From a virus: a stretch of 64,000 nt of DNA. A program made the position numbers and the translations under genes. The stretch is taken from the IMG/VR virus record IMGVR_UViG_3300027754_000045, positions 32,001 through 96,000 of that record; one strand, given 5' to 3'. Shown piece by piece: positions 31,687 through 41,927 of the stretch. Below the pieces are notes generated by a model. That model worked only from the letters and a program-made list of their open reading frames with translations. It was not told the DNA's origin and made no database searches. Every line of letters starts with the position of its first letter. Position 1 is the stretch's first letter.

Positions 31687-32121
31687 ATGAATTTAAATGA
31701 TATTAAAAATATGGTTAAAACTGACCTGAGTATTGATCAAACTGTTTTAGATACGGAATCTAGTAGAACTCCACAACTCCATAATAAATATTTGGTTTTA
31801 TTTATGGACGAACGTTTAAAATTAAAACGTATAGAAAATGAATTATTAGTTTTACGAAGAAATAAATGGTTATACTATACTGGTCGTATGAGTAAAGAAG
31901 AACTTACACAATTTGGATGGGAACCATTCGAATTAAATGTACTAAAAACAGAATCTAATGATCTGATAGACTCTGATAATGATTACATTAAAATGTCTGA
32001 AAAAACAGATTTTCAAAAAGAAATTGTTCTTTATCTAGAAGGTGTTGTTAAAATAGTTCAGAACCGTCAATGGCAAATAAGAGCGATGATAGACTGGATC
32101 AAGTTTACTCAAGGAGCTTAA
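31687..32121 (+). CDS. uvsY: Recombination mediator UvsY
   Basis: L..ES..TPQLH.KYL, WLYYTG, R.WQI..IDW.KF..G; precedes uvsW. Confidence 0.92.
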   Translation: MNLNDIKNMVKTDLSIDQTVLDTESSRTPQLHNKYLVLFMDERLKLKRIENELLVLRRNKWLYYTGRMSKEELTQFGWEPFELNVLKTESNDLIDSDNDYIKMSEKTDFQKEIVLYLEGVVKIVQNRQWQIRAMIDWIKFTQGA

Positions 32122-33629
32122 TGGCAGATTTAGATATTACACAACCAGATGCAGTTATGGTCAAGGTTGATTGTGATCGGTCTTTAGCCAAAGAACTAAA
32201 TTCCTACTTTACTTTCACTATGCCTAATTTCAAGTATACTCCAGCCTATAAGAATAAAATTTGGGATGGTAAAATACGTCTTTTTAATCTATTTACCCAG
32301 TCCATGTACGCTGGACTAGTAGAACCTTTGATCAAGTTTGCCAAGGATAGAGGGTATTCCTACTCCTTTACTCCAAGAACGTACCAGAAACCATCTAATG
32401 CCCTTATAAGCGATTTTATAGAGAACCTACCCATCCAGGCTAACGGCTCCACAATCAAACCCCACGATTACCAGGTTGAAGCCGTCCTACACAGCCTGGG
32501 GCATTCTAGGGCCCTTCTCGTGAGTCCTACAGGCAGCGGTAAGTCTCTAATCCTGTATCTTTTGTGTCGTTGGATACTAGAAACTCATAATACAGGTAAA
32601 TTGCTCATAATCGTTCCCACCACCAGTCTAGTTTCCCAGATGTTGGCAGATTTCCGAGAATACGCCAAATTAGACACTTGGAAGGCGGATCGTAACATTC
32701 ATACGATTATGGCAGGCAAGGATAAGGATACAAATAAACGTATCATTATATCTACATGGCAAAGCATCTATAAACAACCAGAAACTTGGTTTAATGACTT
32801 TGTGGGTGTGTTTGGAGACGAGTGTCATTTATTTTCCGCTAAATCCCTAACTGGTATTCTAACTAAAGCTAAGAATACAGATTATCGAATAGGTACTACT
32901 GGAACCCTAAGCGGAATGCAAATTCATCAGTTTGTTATTGAAGGCTTATTCGGACCTGTTTATAACACCACAACCACTAAAAAGTTAATTGATAAAGACC
33001 TATTGTCTAGTATTAATATTGATTGTTTAACACTACAATATACTCCAGAAGAAATCCAGAAAACAAAACGAATGGAATATCAGGACGAGATTCGATTTGT
33101 GGTTACTCATAAAGGACGAAATAAATTTATTAAAAATTTATGTAACAGTCTAACAGGTAATACTCTAGTTCTTTTTAATTTTGTGGAACTTCAAGGAAAG
33201 CCATTATACGAGTTGATAGTAAACGATTCCGATAAATCTATTTATTTTATTCACGGAGAAACTGATGTGGAAACTCGTGAAGAGATACGAAAAATTGTAG
33301 ATAAAGGAACAGATTCTATTTTAATTGCTTCTTACGGAACTTGTTCTACAGGAATTAATATACGAAATATTAATAATATTGTGTTTGCTTCTCCTTCAAA
33401 GTCTGTTATTCGTGTACTACAGTCTATTGGACGAGGTTTGCGTAAAACAGAAACAAAATCTAAAATGAAATTGTTTGATATTGCAGATGATCTGTCTTAT
33501 AAGAGTTACGAGAACCACGGAATGAAACATCTAGAACAACGATTTAAAATATATACTAGTGAAGGATTTCCTTTTAAGATTGTTCCTATTCAGTTGCCCA
33601 AGGAGACTAATGATGAGAACCCCCTATAA
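32121..33629 (+). CDS. uvsW: SF2 DNA helicase UvsW
   Basis: WDGKIRLF, SPTGSGKS, DECH, TGT, QSIGRGLR. Start at ATG 32121 after an AAGGAG RBS. Confidence 0.96.
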   Translation: MADLDITQPDAVMVKVDCDRSLAKELNSYFTFTMPNFKYTPAYKNKIWDGKIRLFNLFTQSMYAGLVEPLIKFAKDRGYSYSFTPRTYQKPSNALISDFIENLPIQANGSTIKPHDYQVEAVLHSLGHSRALLVSPTGSGKSLILYLLCRWILETHNTGKLLIIVPTTSLVSQMLADFREYAKLDTWKADRNIHTIMAGKDKDTNKRIIISTWQSIYKQPETWFNDFVGVFGDECHLFSAKSLTGILTKAKNTDYRIGTTGTLSGMQIHQFVIEGLFGPVYNTTTTKKLIDKDLLSSINIDCLTLQYTPEEIQKTKRMEYQDEIRFVVTHKGRNKFIKNLCNSLTGNTLVLFNFVELQGKPLYELIVNDSDKSIYFIHGETDVETREEIRKIVDKGTDSILIASYGTCSTGINIRNINNIVFASPSKSVIRVLQSIGRGLRKTETKSKMKLFDIADDLSYKSYENHGMKHLEQRFKIYTSEGFPFKIVPIQLPKETNDENPL

Positions 33630-34365
33630 ATTAATTAAGATGATGTCTGGTGAAGAATTAATTGCTACTATTCGTAAAGGCAGAAATGGTAGACTTATAC
33701 TAACCAGACCTATGATGTTTGAGTCTACACTATCTGCTGATATGATGGGCAGAGTAAAGGAAATATTTACCTTAAGAAACTGGATTATTCTTTCTTCTGA
33801 TACCACGGTAACTATTTCAGAAGCATCTGTAGTTTCTATTAGTACACCTAGCAATGATATTGAACTTTTATACGATGCAGAAAAAGGTAAAGAAGATGCT
33901 CAAAAACTTAATCCTAAGTCATTAAAGCCACCAACAACAAAACTTCCATCAGTAATGGATTTATTTGGTGATCTTCCAGAAATTCCTACAGATTATCCAC
34001 ACAAATTAACAACTCCTATTTCTAAAAAAGAAGAAGATGCTTTATTTAAAAAAATGGATCAAATGATGAAAGATATTGGAATGGATTTTAATACAGAAAA
34101 ACCAAAGAAAAACCTTGCAAAACCTGATTTTGATGATACAATAGTGTATATGAATTTAGTTTTTTCACCCAATGTTCTTCTTAAACTTTTAAAGAATGGA
34201 ATGCTCAAGCGTTCCGATCTGGGTAAAATAATAAATGAATTAACTGATGGTAATGGTGAAGGTATGAGCGTTGATAAATTTACAAGTAAGAATAAGAAAA
34301 AAGAAGACTTTGGTAATAAGTGGACTGATTGGAATCCAGATCCAAAGTCTAATGATTATCAGTAA
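33610..34365 (+). CDS. Hypothetical protein with Sm-like N-terminal domain, upstream of gp55
   Basis: KLIKM.SGEELIA...L..PM motif; AGGAG RBS at 33601. Confidence 0.6.
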   Translation: MMRTPYKLIKMMSGEELIATIRKGRNGRLILTRPMMFESTLSADMMGRVKEIFTLRNWIILSSDTTVTISEASVVSISTPSNDIELLYDAEKGKEDAQKLNPKSLKPPTTKLPSVMDLFGDLPEIPTDYPHKLTTPISKKEEDALFKKMDQMMKDIGMDFNTEKPKKNLAKPDFDDTIVYMNLVFSPNVLLKLLKNGMLKRSDLGKIINELTDGNGEGMSVDKFTSKNKKKEDFGNKWTDWNPDPKSNDYQ

Positions 34366-34436
34366 TATCTAATATTATTTGATTCTCTATTTTCTCATTC
34401 ATACCAGACACACAAGTATACACGATAATATTAATT

Positions 34437-35018
34437 ATGTCAAGTGAAAAATCTAAAAAATCTAAAAATATTGTAGACCCCCCGATTGTAGCCCAAAAAC
34501 GGCTTACCAAGGATAGTGACCACTATGTGGATAACAAGAAGTTCCTTGCTGAGATGGTTATTTGGAAACGTCAAATACGAGAAGCAGAAGAAGTAGAAGA
34601 CGATAAGCCACCAGTATCCACATATATTGGCGAATGCTTTATGAAGATTGCTGAAAGGCTTTCTTCCAAGCATAATTTTGCCAATTATCCGTATCGAGAA
34701 GAGATGGTGGGAGATGCTATCGAGAACTGTCTCATGTATGCACACAACTTTAATCCTAAGAAATCCAAGAATCCGTTCTCGTATTTCACTCAAATAATCT
34801 ACTATGCCTTCCTTAGACGCATAGAAAAAGAAAAAAAGCAAAATTATATCAAGTTTAAGTTGACCGAGCACCTAGATGATGGTACAATGCATAAGTGGTG
34901 TAAAACTAATTACTTTGAAAAAGCTGATCCACGAGAAGCACTAAGTGAACATTTCTCTATTACAGAAAAGGATATAGAGAAGTATGAACCAAAGGTACGT
35001 AAAAAGCGCAAAATATAA
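34437..35018 (+). CDS. gp55: Late-transcription sigma factor gp55
   Basis: HYVDNK.F, YIGECF.KIA..LS.K.NF.NY.YREEM..D.IENC, KS.NPF.YFTQI.YYAFLRRI.KEKKQ. Confidence 0.97.
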   Translation: MSSEKSKKSKNIVDPPIVAQKRLTKDSDHYVDNKKFLAEMVIWKRQIREAEEVEDDKPPVSTYIGECFMKIAERLSSKHNFANYPYREEMVGDAIENCLMYAHNFNPKKSKNPFSYFTQIIYYAFLRRIEKEKKQNYIKFKLTEHLDDGTMHKWCKTNYFEKADPREALSEHFSITEKDIEKYEPKVRKKRKI

Positions 35019-35021
35019 ATT

Positions 35022-36065
35022 ATGAAAATATGCATTATTGGTGACTCGCATTTCGGAGCAAGATCCGATTCGCCATTATTTTTAAATTATTTCTTTAAGT
35101 TTTTTGATAATGAATTATTTCCTTATCTAAAAGCAAACGATATCAATACAGTCATTCATTTAGGTGACATGTTTGATCGTCGTAAGTTTATAAATTTTCA
35201 TACTCTAAAACACGTAAGAGAACGATTCATGAATTGGTTTGAAGACAACAATGTGGATCTTCACTGTATTCTTGGAAATCATGATGTGTTCTATAAGAAT
35301 ACGAATCATCTAAACTCTCCAAAGGAACTATTTGTTGATTGTTATTCTAAATTTCACCTATACGAACACACCACAGAACTAGTAGTGGCAGACGGTACCA
35401 AGTTCTTAATGGTTCCTTGGATTAATGAGGAAAACAAATTAGCCGTAATCAAGGCTATTGAAGCCAGCACAGCACCAGTAGTATGCGGTCATTTTGAATT
35501 GAATGGTTATGAGATGATATCTAATATTAAATGCTCTAGCGGAATGGAAGATAAATTCCTACAAAAGTTTGAATTGGTTCTTTCTGGTCACTTTCATACA
35601 AAGAGTTCTAAAGGAAACATTCATTATCTTGGAACTCAATATGAAATGACTACAGCAGATCTTCATCAAGATAAAGGCTTTCATGTATACGACACAGAAA
35701 CTCGTGAACTAACATTCATTAAGAATCCACATAAAATGTACTATAGTATTGAATGGACGGATAAACGAGATTTTAGTGATCTAGATCCTACCGTATACAA
35801 AAACACTTATGTTCGTGTATTAGTATTAAACAAAAAGAATGAAAGAAAATTTGACGAGTTCATAGATTTGTTGTATACTGGAGAGCCAGCAAGTATTACA
35901 ATTATTGAAGACATAGTAACCAAGGACGATGAAAATAGTCCAGAGTTTGATATCAGTGAGGACACTTTGAGTCTGATTAATCGAGAAATTGAATTTTTAG
36001 AATCTGATAACACAGAACAATTAAAAGAAATTATGCGTCAAGTCTATATGGAAACTCTTTCATGA
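35022..36065 (+). CDS. gp47: Recombination endonuclease gp47 (Mre11/SbcD-like)
   Basis: D.HFG, LGD.FD.R, GNHD, GH.E, SGHFH phosphoesterase motifs. Confidence 0.97.
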   Translation: MKICIIGDSHFGARSDSPLFLNYFFKFFDNELFPYLKANDINTVIHLGDMFDRRKFINFHTLKHVRERFMNWFEDNNVDLHCILGNHDVFYKNTNHLNSPKELFVDCYSKFHLYEHTTELVVADGTKFLMVPWINEENKLAVIKAIEASTAPVVCGHFELNGYEMISNIKCSSGMEDKFLQKFELVLSGHFHTKSSKGNIHYLGTQYEMTTADLHQDKGFHVYDTETRELTFIKNPHKMYYSIEWTDKRDFSDLDPTVYKNTYVRVLVLNKKNERKFDEFIDLLYTGEPASITIIEDIVTKDDENSPEFDISEDTLSLINREIEFLESDNTEQLKEIMRQVYMETLS

Positions 36066-37777
36066 TCCTATTCAAGACTGTTCGATTTAAAAATTTTGGT
36101 TCATTTGGAAACAGCTTTACGGAAGTTAAGTTAGGCGAGAAATCTACAACTCTAGTATGTGGTAGTAATGGCAACGGTAAATCTTTTGCTTTATTGGATT
36201 CTATTGCTTTTGGGTTATACGGAAGACCGTTTCGTAATATAAACATTCCTCAACTAGTCAATTCGGTTAACAAAAAGAATTGCGTGGTAGAGATCAATTT
36301 TAATATTGGAAAGAATGAGTTCAAGGTGGTTCGTGGTCTAGTCCCAAAATTATTTGAAATCTATAAAGACGGCAATCTACTTAATCAGGACGCAAAGATT
36401 AAAGATTATCAGGAAGTATTGGAATCGCAGATATTAGGAATGAATTTCAAGACGTTCTCTCAGGTTGTTGTGTTGGGAAGTTCCTCATTTGTTCCGTTCA
36501 TGCAATTAACTCCTACTGATCGCCGTCAGGTTATAGAGAACATATTAGATATTAGCATATTCTCGCAAATGAATGTTGTAGTTAAAGACAAGGTGAATGG
36601 TGTTAAGTCTGAACTAGACGCAACCAATACTCAAATAGAAGTATCTAAAGCACAAATTGCAGACACCAAAGAAACCATACAATCCCTAGTAAAGAACACA
36701 CAACAGATCATAGAAGAACGCAAGGCAGCACAGGCTCAACTAGAAGCCCAGATGGTTGCTGTGAATGGGGACATAGAAGAATTATCTGAGCCGTTAAAGA
36801 TTTCTAGTACATCAATACAGACCGAATTAAAGGAAGTTCAGAAGAAACGAACAGATGCACAAAAGATTCTTGGCAAAATTGAACAGGCTAAAGAGAGTAT
36901 CAACGAAGATATTGAATTCTTTAATAATAATGAAACGTGCTCTTTATGCAAACAAGGAATTGCTCATGATCACAAGGATACCCTACTAACACAAAGAAAA
37001 ACAAAATTAGAAGAGTATCAGCAAGGCACTCAGGATATAAACACACAAATTACAAAGACTGAGAAACAAATAGCAGAAATTCAGAGTCGTTTAGACGAGC
37101 ACCAAACTAATGTTATTCGTTTGGCTAATAAACAAGAAACCTTAAAGAGTCTGAATACTAGTCACGCAAATCTTGAATTGAATAATGCCAAGACATACTC
37201 TCAAGAAGAGATTGCCAAGTTTGAGATTAAACTTACAGAATTAGAAAATAAAGAAGTTGATCTGATTGATAAAAAGTATAAAGTCCTCAAGACTCTGAAA
37301 TGCTACGACCAACTTATAAATTTATTTAAAGATAGTGGCATTAAATCAAAAATTATTAAGTATTATATTCCTTTAATCAATAAACATGTAAACAAGTACT
37401 TGACAAGCATGGATTTCTATGCTATATTTAATCTGGACGAAGAGTTCAAGGAAATCATCAAGAGTCGTCATAGAGACATATTTACGTATGAATCATTCAG
37501 CGAAGGCGAAAAAATGCGTATAGATTTAGCACTACTTCTTACTTGGCGAGAAATTGCTCGATTAAAGAATAGTGTTTCCACAAACCTACTGATTCTAGAT
37601 GAAGTATTTGATTCTAGTTTAGACGGTACTGGAACTGATGAGTTTATGAAACTGATATCTTCGTTTGGATCTAAGGTTAATGTATTTGTTATCAGTCATA
37701 AAACTGATCAATTACTAGATAGATTCGGTTCAATAATTCAATTCGAAAAGAAACGAAACTTCAGCAGACTAGTATGA
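36062..37777 (+). CDS. gp46: Recombination ATPase gp46 (Rad50/SbcC-like)
   Basis: Walker A GSNGNGKS, zinc hook CSLC, FSEGEK signature, LILDEVFDSSLD, ISH. Confidence 0.97.
   Translation: MILFKTVRFKNFGSFGNSFTEVKLGEKSTTLVCGSNGNGKSFALLDSIAFGLYGRPFRNINIPQLVNSVNKKNCVVEINFNIGKNEFKVVRGLVPKLFEIYKDGNLLNQDAKIKDYQEVLESQILGMNFKTFSQVVVLGSSSFVPFMQLTPTDRRQVIENILDISIFSQMNVVVKDKVNGVKSELDATNTQIEVSKAQIADTKETIQSLVKNTQQIIEERKAAQAQLEAQMVAVNGDIEELSEPLKISSTSIQTELKEVQKKRTDAQKILGKIEQAKESINEDIEFFNNNETCSLCKQGIAHDHKDTLLTQRKTKLEEYQQGTQDINTQITKTEKQIAEIQSRLDEHQTNVIRLANKQETLKSLNTSHANLELNNAKTYSQEEIAKFEIKLTELENKEVDLIDKKYKVLKTLKCYDQLINLFKDSGIKSKIIKYYIPLINKHVNKYLTSMDFYAIFNLDEEFKEIIKSRHRDIFTYESFSEGEKMRIDLALLLTWREIARLKNSVSTNLLILDEVFDSSLDGTGTDEFMKLISSFGSKVNVFVISHKTDQLLDRFGSIIQFEKKRNFSRLV
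37400..37428 (+). promoter_or_regulatory. Putative sigma70-type promoter inside gp46
   Basis: TTGACA-17 nt-TATATT with extended -10 TG. Confidence 0.5.
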
Positions 37778-38502
37778 AACGAAAACAAACAAAACACAAA
37801 CGTATCAAGCGTGGCGATTCTGTAGATTCTCTACTCATCAAGAACGAGCCTTCTTGGGAGGATGTGGCTACTCTGACCCCAGAACAAATTGATGCCAGAA
37901 TTCTCAAGGCAACTAGTTGGTATAGTTACAGTTGCAAAAATGAGGTTTATAAGCCTTGGGTGATTGATTGGATGCAAAGAAACAAATACTCCAAATCAGA
38001 TGTTCGTGATGCCGTTAAAGTACCAGACACTCATCCATTTATAATGAGTATAGGCAAATACTGCAGAATTATGAATCTTGGCGGAAAGTTTGTTGATAAA
38101 GTTCTAGACAATATCAAATCAGAAGTAGAACACATTATTAAACTTGGTCGGGTAGTTAAGCCAAAGGTAGTAAAAGAACAAGTTTCAATTCAAGAGCATA
38201 TTCGAAAGAAAACCGAAGGATATCTGTGCACAATGAACGAAAGAATTGATGAATTATATCTTGCAGTATGTGAAGATGAAGCATGTAAATTTGACCACGA
38301 AGGTTGGTTAGAGGTTGAAGACATAAATCATATTCACTGGAAAAAGATGTCTAAAATACTTGATCCGTTTATTACTGAATTAAAAGTGGCACACACAGGA
38401 AAAGATTTAGAACTAAAAGAAGCCTATGAATATCTTGGTAAAAAAAAGATTAAAGTTATGATAAATACCCTAGAGGATTTCAAAGAGATACTTAATGGCT
38501 AA
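37774..38502 (+). CDS. Hypothetical protein
   Basis: 242-aa ORF overlapping both neighbours. Confidence 0.7.
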   Translation: MKRKQTKHKRIKRGDSVDSLLIKNEPSWEDVATLTPEQIDARILKATSWYSYSCKNEVYKPWVIDWMQRNKYSKSDVRDAVKVPDTHPFIMSIGKYCRIMNLGGKFVDKVLDNIKSEVEHIIKLGRVVKPKVVKEQVSIQEHIRKKTEGYLCTMNERIDELYLAVCEDEACKFDHEGWLEVEDINHIHWKKMSKILDPFITELKVAHTGKDLELKEAYEYLGKKKIKVMINTLEDFKEILNG

Positions 38503-38818
38503 TTTCAAAGGAATATTCAAAGTTAGTGGAATTGATGGGCAATGTATACAATATGCTCAAGGAGATATTGTATACAAAAACGGAGAAGCGTATATTGCAT
38601 CACGTGCTCCAGATCTTTGTAAATCTCCAGAACATAAATTGTCGGGATGGGAACCTTTAGTATCAGAAAGAGCAGGAAACCCAGTAACATTCTTTAGTTC
38701 TACTACTCCTCCAAGTCGAGTTTCTCAGGGAGACGAATGGTGGGATCCAAACACTGGCAAATTATACAAATATTATATAATTGGAACAAATAGTGAACAA
38801 TGGGTAGAAATTTATTGA
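38495..38818 (+). CDS. Small protein with CBM5/12-like (chitin-binding type) module and fibre-type repeat
   Basis: YAQGDIVYKNGEAYIA...P...W, then PP..GDEWWD..TGKLY.Y...QW. Confidence 0.55.
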   Translation: MANFKGIFKVSGIDGQCIQYAQGDIVYKNGEAYIASRAPDLCKSPEHKLSGWEPLVSERAGNPVTFFSSTTPPSRVSQGDEWWDPNTGKLYKYYIIGTNSEQWVEIY

Positions 38819-38842
38819 CTTTTGTTTTTTACATGATATAAT
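38815..38842 (+). promoter_or_regulatory. Sigma70-type promoter for rnh
   Basis: TTGACT-16 nt-TATAAT with extended -10 (TGaTATAAT). Confidence 0.75.
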
Positions 38843-38848
38843 TACATT

Positions 38849-39685
38849 ATGCTTCTTATTGACAATAATCAAATAATTTTAGCAAACATATTTCAGGCTG
38901 CTAAAGACACAGATAACTTTAACGAAGATTATATTCGTCATACTGTGCTTAATTCGTATCGTAAATACCGAATGATGTTTCGTGAATACGGCGAGTTAGT
39001 TGTGTGTAATGACAGTTCTAATTATTGGAGGAAACAATGGTTTCCTCATTACAAGCAGAATCGTAAGAAGACACAAGATGCAGCACCAGACCAATGGAAA
39101 GAAGTGTATTCTATTCTAGATGTTATTCGAGACGAAATCAAAGAGATCTTCCCGTATCCTAACATTCGTATTCAGGGAGCAGAAGCAGACGACATTATCT
39201 TTGCCTTAACCAAGCGGTTTGCTCAACAAGAAAAGATTATGATTTTGTCTAACGATAAAGACTTTCAGCAACTTCAGATTTTTCCTAACGTAAAGCAATA
39301 CAGCACAAACAAAAAAGAACTTATGGAGTGTGCAGATCCTCGTGGTTATTTACTAGAACATATTATTAAAGGGGATTCCTCTGACGGTGTTCCTAACATG
39401 CTGTCTGATGATGACACCTTTATGAATGATGGTAAACGTCAGACCGTAATGACAGCCAAACGATTAGAAGCACTAAAGAAACAATCAGGAGAATCTTCTT
39501 TTTGTGAATTACCTAACTATATAAGGAATAAGATGATGATTGATTTGTCTTCTATTCCAATGGCATTAGAAGAGAGTATTTTAGATTCATACCAAGAACA
39601 ACAAGGAAAAGGTCGAGAAAAATTGTTTAATTATTTTATTGATCACAAGTTAAAGGAGCTCCTTCCAAGTATTGAGGAATTTTGA
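38849..39685 (+). CDS. rnh: T4 RNase H (5'-3' exonuclease)
   Basis: LID.NQI, WRK..FP.YK.NR, EADD.I, S.DKDF.QL, KGD.SDGVPN.LS. Confidence 0.95.
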   Translation: MLLIDNNQIILANIFQAAKDTDNFNEDYIRHTVLNSYRKYRMMFREYGELVVCNDSSNYWRKQWFPHYKQNRKKTQDAAPDQWKEVYSILDVIRDEIKEIFPYPNIRIQGAEADDIIFALTKRFAQQEKIMILSNDKDFQQLQIFPNVKQYSTNKKELMECADPRGYLLEHIIKGDSSDGVPNMLSDDDTFMNDGKRQTVMTAKRLEALKKQSGESSFCELPNYIRNKMMIDLSSIPMALEESILDSYQEQQGKGREKLFNYFIDHKLKELLPSIEEF

Positions 39686-39865
39686 ATGGCAAACGAACAA
39701 GAACCAGAATCGGAGTATGAAAAATTCAAACGCTTGCAGAAGGAACAAAAGAAAGCGAAGAAAACCAAACATCGTCCAGACGCAAGAAAGTGGCTGAACG
39801 ATTTACGACATGGACACAATAGTGATGATGAAGATTACCAAAGTTTTGAAAGATTTAACAAGTAA
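39686..39865 (+). CDS. 59-aa charged hypothetical protein (not in the ORF track)
   Basis: Hand translation: MANEQEPESEYEKFKRLQKEQKKAKKTKHRPDARKWLNDLRHGHNSDDEDYQSFERFNK. GAGGA RBS upstream; fills the gap between rnh and gp45. Confidence 0.75.
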   Translation: MANEQEPESEYEKFKRLQKEQKKAKKTKHRPDARKWLNDLRHGHNSDDEDYQSFERFNK

Positions 39866-39879
39866 AGGATGACTATATT

Positions 39880-40566
39880 ATGACAAGTACAACAACCAGT
39901 ATTTCTAAGCAGACGTTTAACATTTTAAAGAATTTCAGCAGTATTAACTCTAACTTGTTTGTGAAGGCGGGAAATAAAATTTCCACTATTTCACCAAGCA
40001 AGAATGTGATGGCAGAAGCCATCGTAGAGGAAACATTTGATTCCCAGTTTGGTCTCTGGGATCTGAACAAGTTTCTTGGTATTGTTTCTCTTCTCGAAGA
40101 TCCTGAATTTATGTTTGAAGAGAAATGTGTGGTAGTAACAGGAGTTAATGGTTCCTCGGTAAAGTATTACTTTGCGGATCCAGCACTTCTGACGTATCCA
40201 ACCAAGCAAGTGAAGACTCCAGCCGTCGCCATTACCTTTGATCTGATGGCGGATCAATTCCGTGAACTTCAACGATCAGGTGCTGCTCTTCAACTTTCCG
40301 ATCTCTGCATTATCTCTAAGGGCAGTGAAGTATTAGCAGTAGTCAAGGATCTAAAGGATCCTACCACTAATGTGTTCACCTTGCCAGTAGGCAGCAATCC
40401 AGAAGAAGCAACTTTCTCGTTCAACTTTAAGTTAGATAATCTGAAGTTGTTTGAAGGAGACTATAGCGTGGAAATTAGCAAGACTGTGATCTCGCAATTC
40501 ACGCATAAGAACCTGGATCTAAAGTATTGGATTGCCATGGAAAACACCAGCACATACAGCGAGTAA
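39880..40566 (+). CDS. gp45: Sliding clamp gp45
   Basis: ILKNFSSINS, TIS..KN..AEA...E.F, DL..FL, NLK...GDY.V.IS, YWIA.E. Confidence 0.95.
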   Translation: MTSTTTSISKQTFNILKNFSSINSNLFVKAGNKISTISPSKNVMAEAIVEETFDSQFGLWDLNKFLGIVSLLEDPEFMFEEKCVVVTGVNGSSVKYYFADPALLTYPTKQVKTPAVAITFDLMADQFRELQRSGAALQLSDLCIISKGSEVLAVVKDLKDPTTNVFTLPVGSNPEEATFSFNFKLDNLKLFEGDYSVEISKTVISQFTHKNLDLKYWIAMENTSTYSE

Positions 40567-40569
40567 TAG

Positions 40570-41532
40570 ATGACAATAACCGCAAATAATGCGATTGGTT
40601 TGTTGGTCGAGAAGTATAGACCACAAACCATTCGGGACTGTGTACTTCCTGCAAATATTAAAAAGATTTTTCAGGATATAGTAAACTCAAAGGATTGTCC
40701 TAATCTTATGCTATCAGGCAAGCCAGGTCTAGGTAAAACTAGCGTGGCTAAAGCCCTTTGCAACGAACTAGGAGCAGACTTTATTATTATCAATTGTTCT
40801 GAAGATGGAAACATTGATACTCTGCGAACAAAGATTCGTCAGTTTGCAAGCACGGTATCTCTGTCAGAAGACGCAAACCAGAAGATTGTTATTCTGGATG
40901 AGTTTGATTATTCTAATGTGAACAGTATTCAGCCTGCCCTTCGTGGAGCCATTGAAGAGTTCTCTAAGACTTGTCGGTTTATTATTACCTGCAACTACAA
41001 GAATCGTATCATTGAGCCTATTCATTCTCGTTGCACAGGTATCGACTTTAACTTTGCACACAAAGACCGACCAGAACTAGCCAAGCAGTTTCTAGAACGA
41101 TGTCAGGGTATTCTGGAAGCAGAAGAGATTACCTACGATGTAAAGATTCTATCTAAAGTCATTGTAAAATTCTTTCCAGATTTTCGTCGTGTTCTGAACG
41201 AACTTCAACGATACTCTGCGGCAGGAACCATTGATGTAGGTATTCTGAGCACGGCAGGGGAATTAGATGTGAAGCAACTGATGGGGTTCATGAAAGAGAA
41301 GAACTTCAACGAGGTCAGAAAATGGGTGGCAAACAATACGAACCATGTTCCACAGGATCTGTTCAGGAAGGTCTACGATAGCCTATACGACTTCCTAGAG
41401 CCTTCCACCATACCACAGGCGGTTTTGATCATTGCAGAGTATCAATACAAGGCTAGTTTTGTGAGCGATCAGGAGATCAATATGTGTGCTTTTATGGTGG
41501 AAGTCATGATGACTTGTGGGTTCAAGAAGTAA
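40570..41532 (+). CDS. gp44: Clamp loader large subunit gp44
   Basis: VEKYRP, G.PGLGKT, ILDEFD, Q.ALR..IEEF, HSRC, FPDFRR.LNELQ. Confidence 0.97.
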   Translation: MTITANNAIGLLVEKYRPQTIRDCVLPANIKKIFQDIVNSKDCPNLMLSGKPGLGKTSVAKALCNELGADFIIINCSEDGNIDTLRTKIRQFASTVSLSEDANQKIVILDEFDYSNVNSIQPALRGAIEEFSKTCRFIITCNYKNRIIEPIHSRCTGIDFNFAHKDRPELAKQFLERCQGILEAEEITYDVKILSKVIVKFFPDFRRVLNELQRYSAAGTIDVGILSTAGELDVKQLMGFMKEKNFNEVRKWVANNTNHVPQDLFRKVYDSLYDFLEPSTIPQAVLIIAEYQYKASFVSDQEINMCAFMVEVMMTCGFKK

Positions 41533-41915
41533 TGGATCCATTCGTTTTCCTCAATTCTATAAACCAATCCAAGGTTCCCCTGATGGACGAGGATCATCTA
41601 TGCGAAAAAGAGTATGTTCCGTACATGACTAATCGTGGATTATCCTACTTCTCAGACACCATTTTCTACGCAAATACCATGAACCGTCACGGTAATATTG
41701 ATAAGAAGCTTCAGTTTGATTATCTTCGTATTTCGGTTCGTCCACGAAAGCGGTTTAGTAAGTGGCTAAAGCCTGAACAAGATGATCGTATTGATGCCCT
41801 AAAAGCATTGTACGGGTATTCGGATACCAGAGCCAGAGAAGTGGTGGATTTGCTGTCCGAAGAGGATTGGAAACAGATTCGTAGCCTTTTGGATCAGGGT
41901 GGAGCCAAACTTTAA
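41532..41915 (+). CDS. gp62: Clamp loader small subunit gp62
   Basis: LNSIN..K, Y.PY..NR.LSYF.DT, ..KRFSKW, YGYS...A. Start at ATG 41532. Confidence 0.93.
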   Translation: MDPFVFLNSINQSKVPLMDEDHLCEKEYVPYMTNRGLSYFSDTIFYANTMNRHGNIDKKLQFDYLRISVRPRKRFSKWLKPEQDDRIDALKALYGYSDTRAREVVDLLSEEDWKQIRSLLDQGGAKL

Positions 41916-41919
41916 TTTA

Positions 41920-41927
41920 TATAAATA
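41920..41927 (+). promoter_or_regulatory. T4 late promoter TATAAATA upstream of regA and the glycan island
   Basis: Exact consensus in the 56-bp gp62-regA gap. Confidence 0.7.

Noticed and set aside
19716-41915. Introns, inteins or homing endonucleases in gp17, gp20, gp23, uvsW, gp46 or gp44
   Set aside because: Lengths are normal and no splicing or endonuclease motifs were seen; gp17 has only a few-residue insertions.
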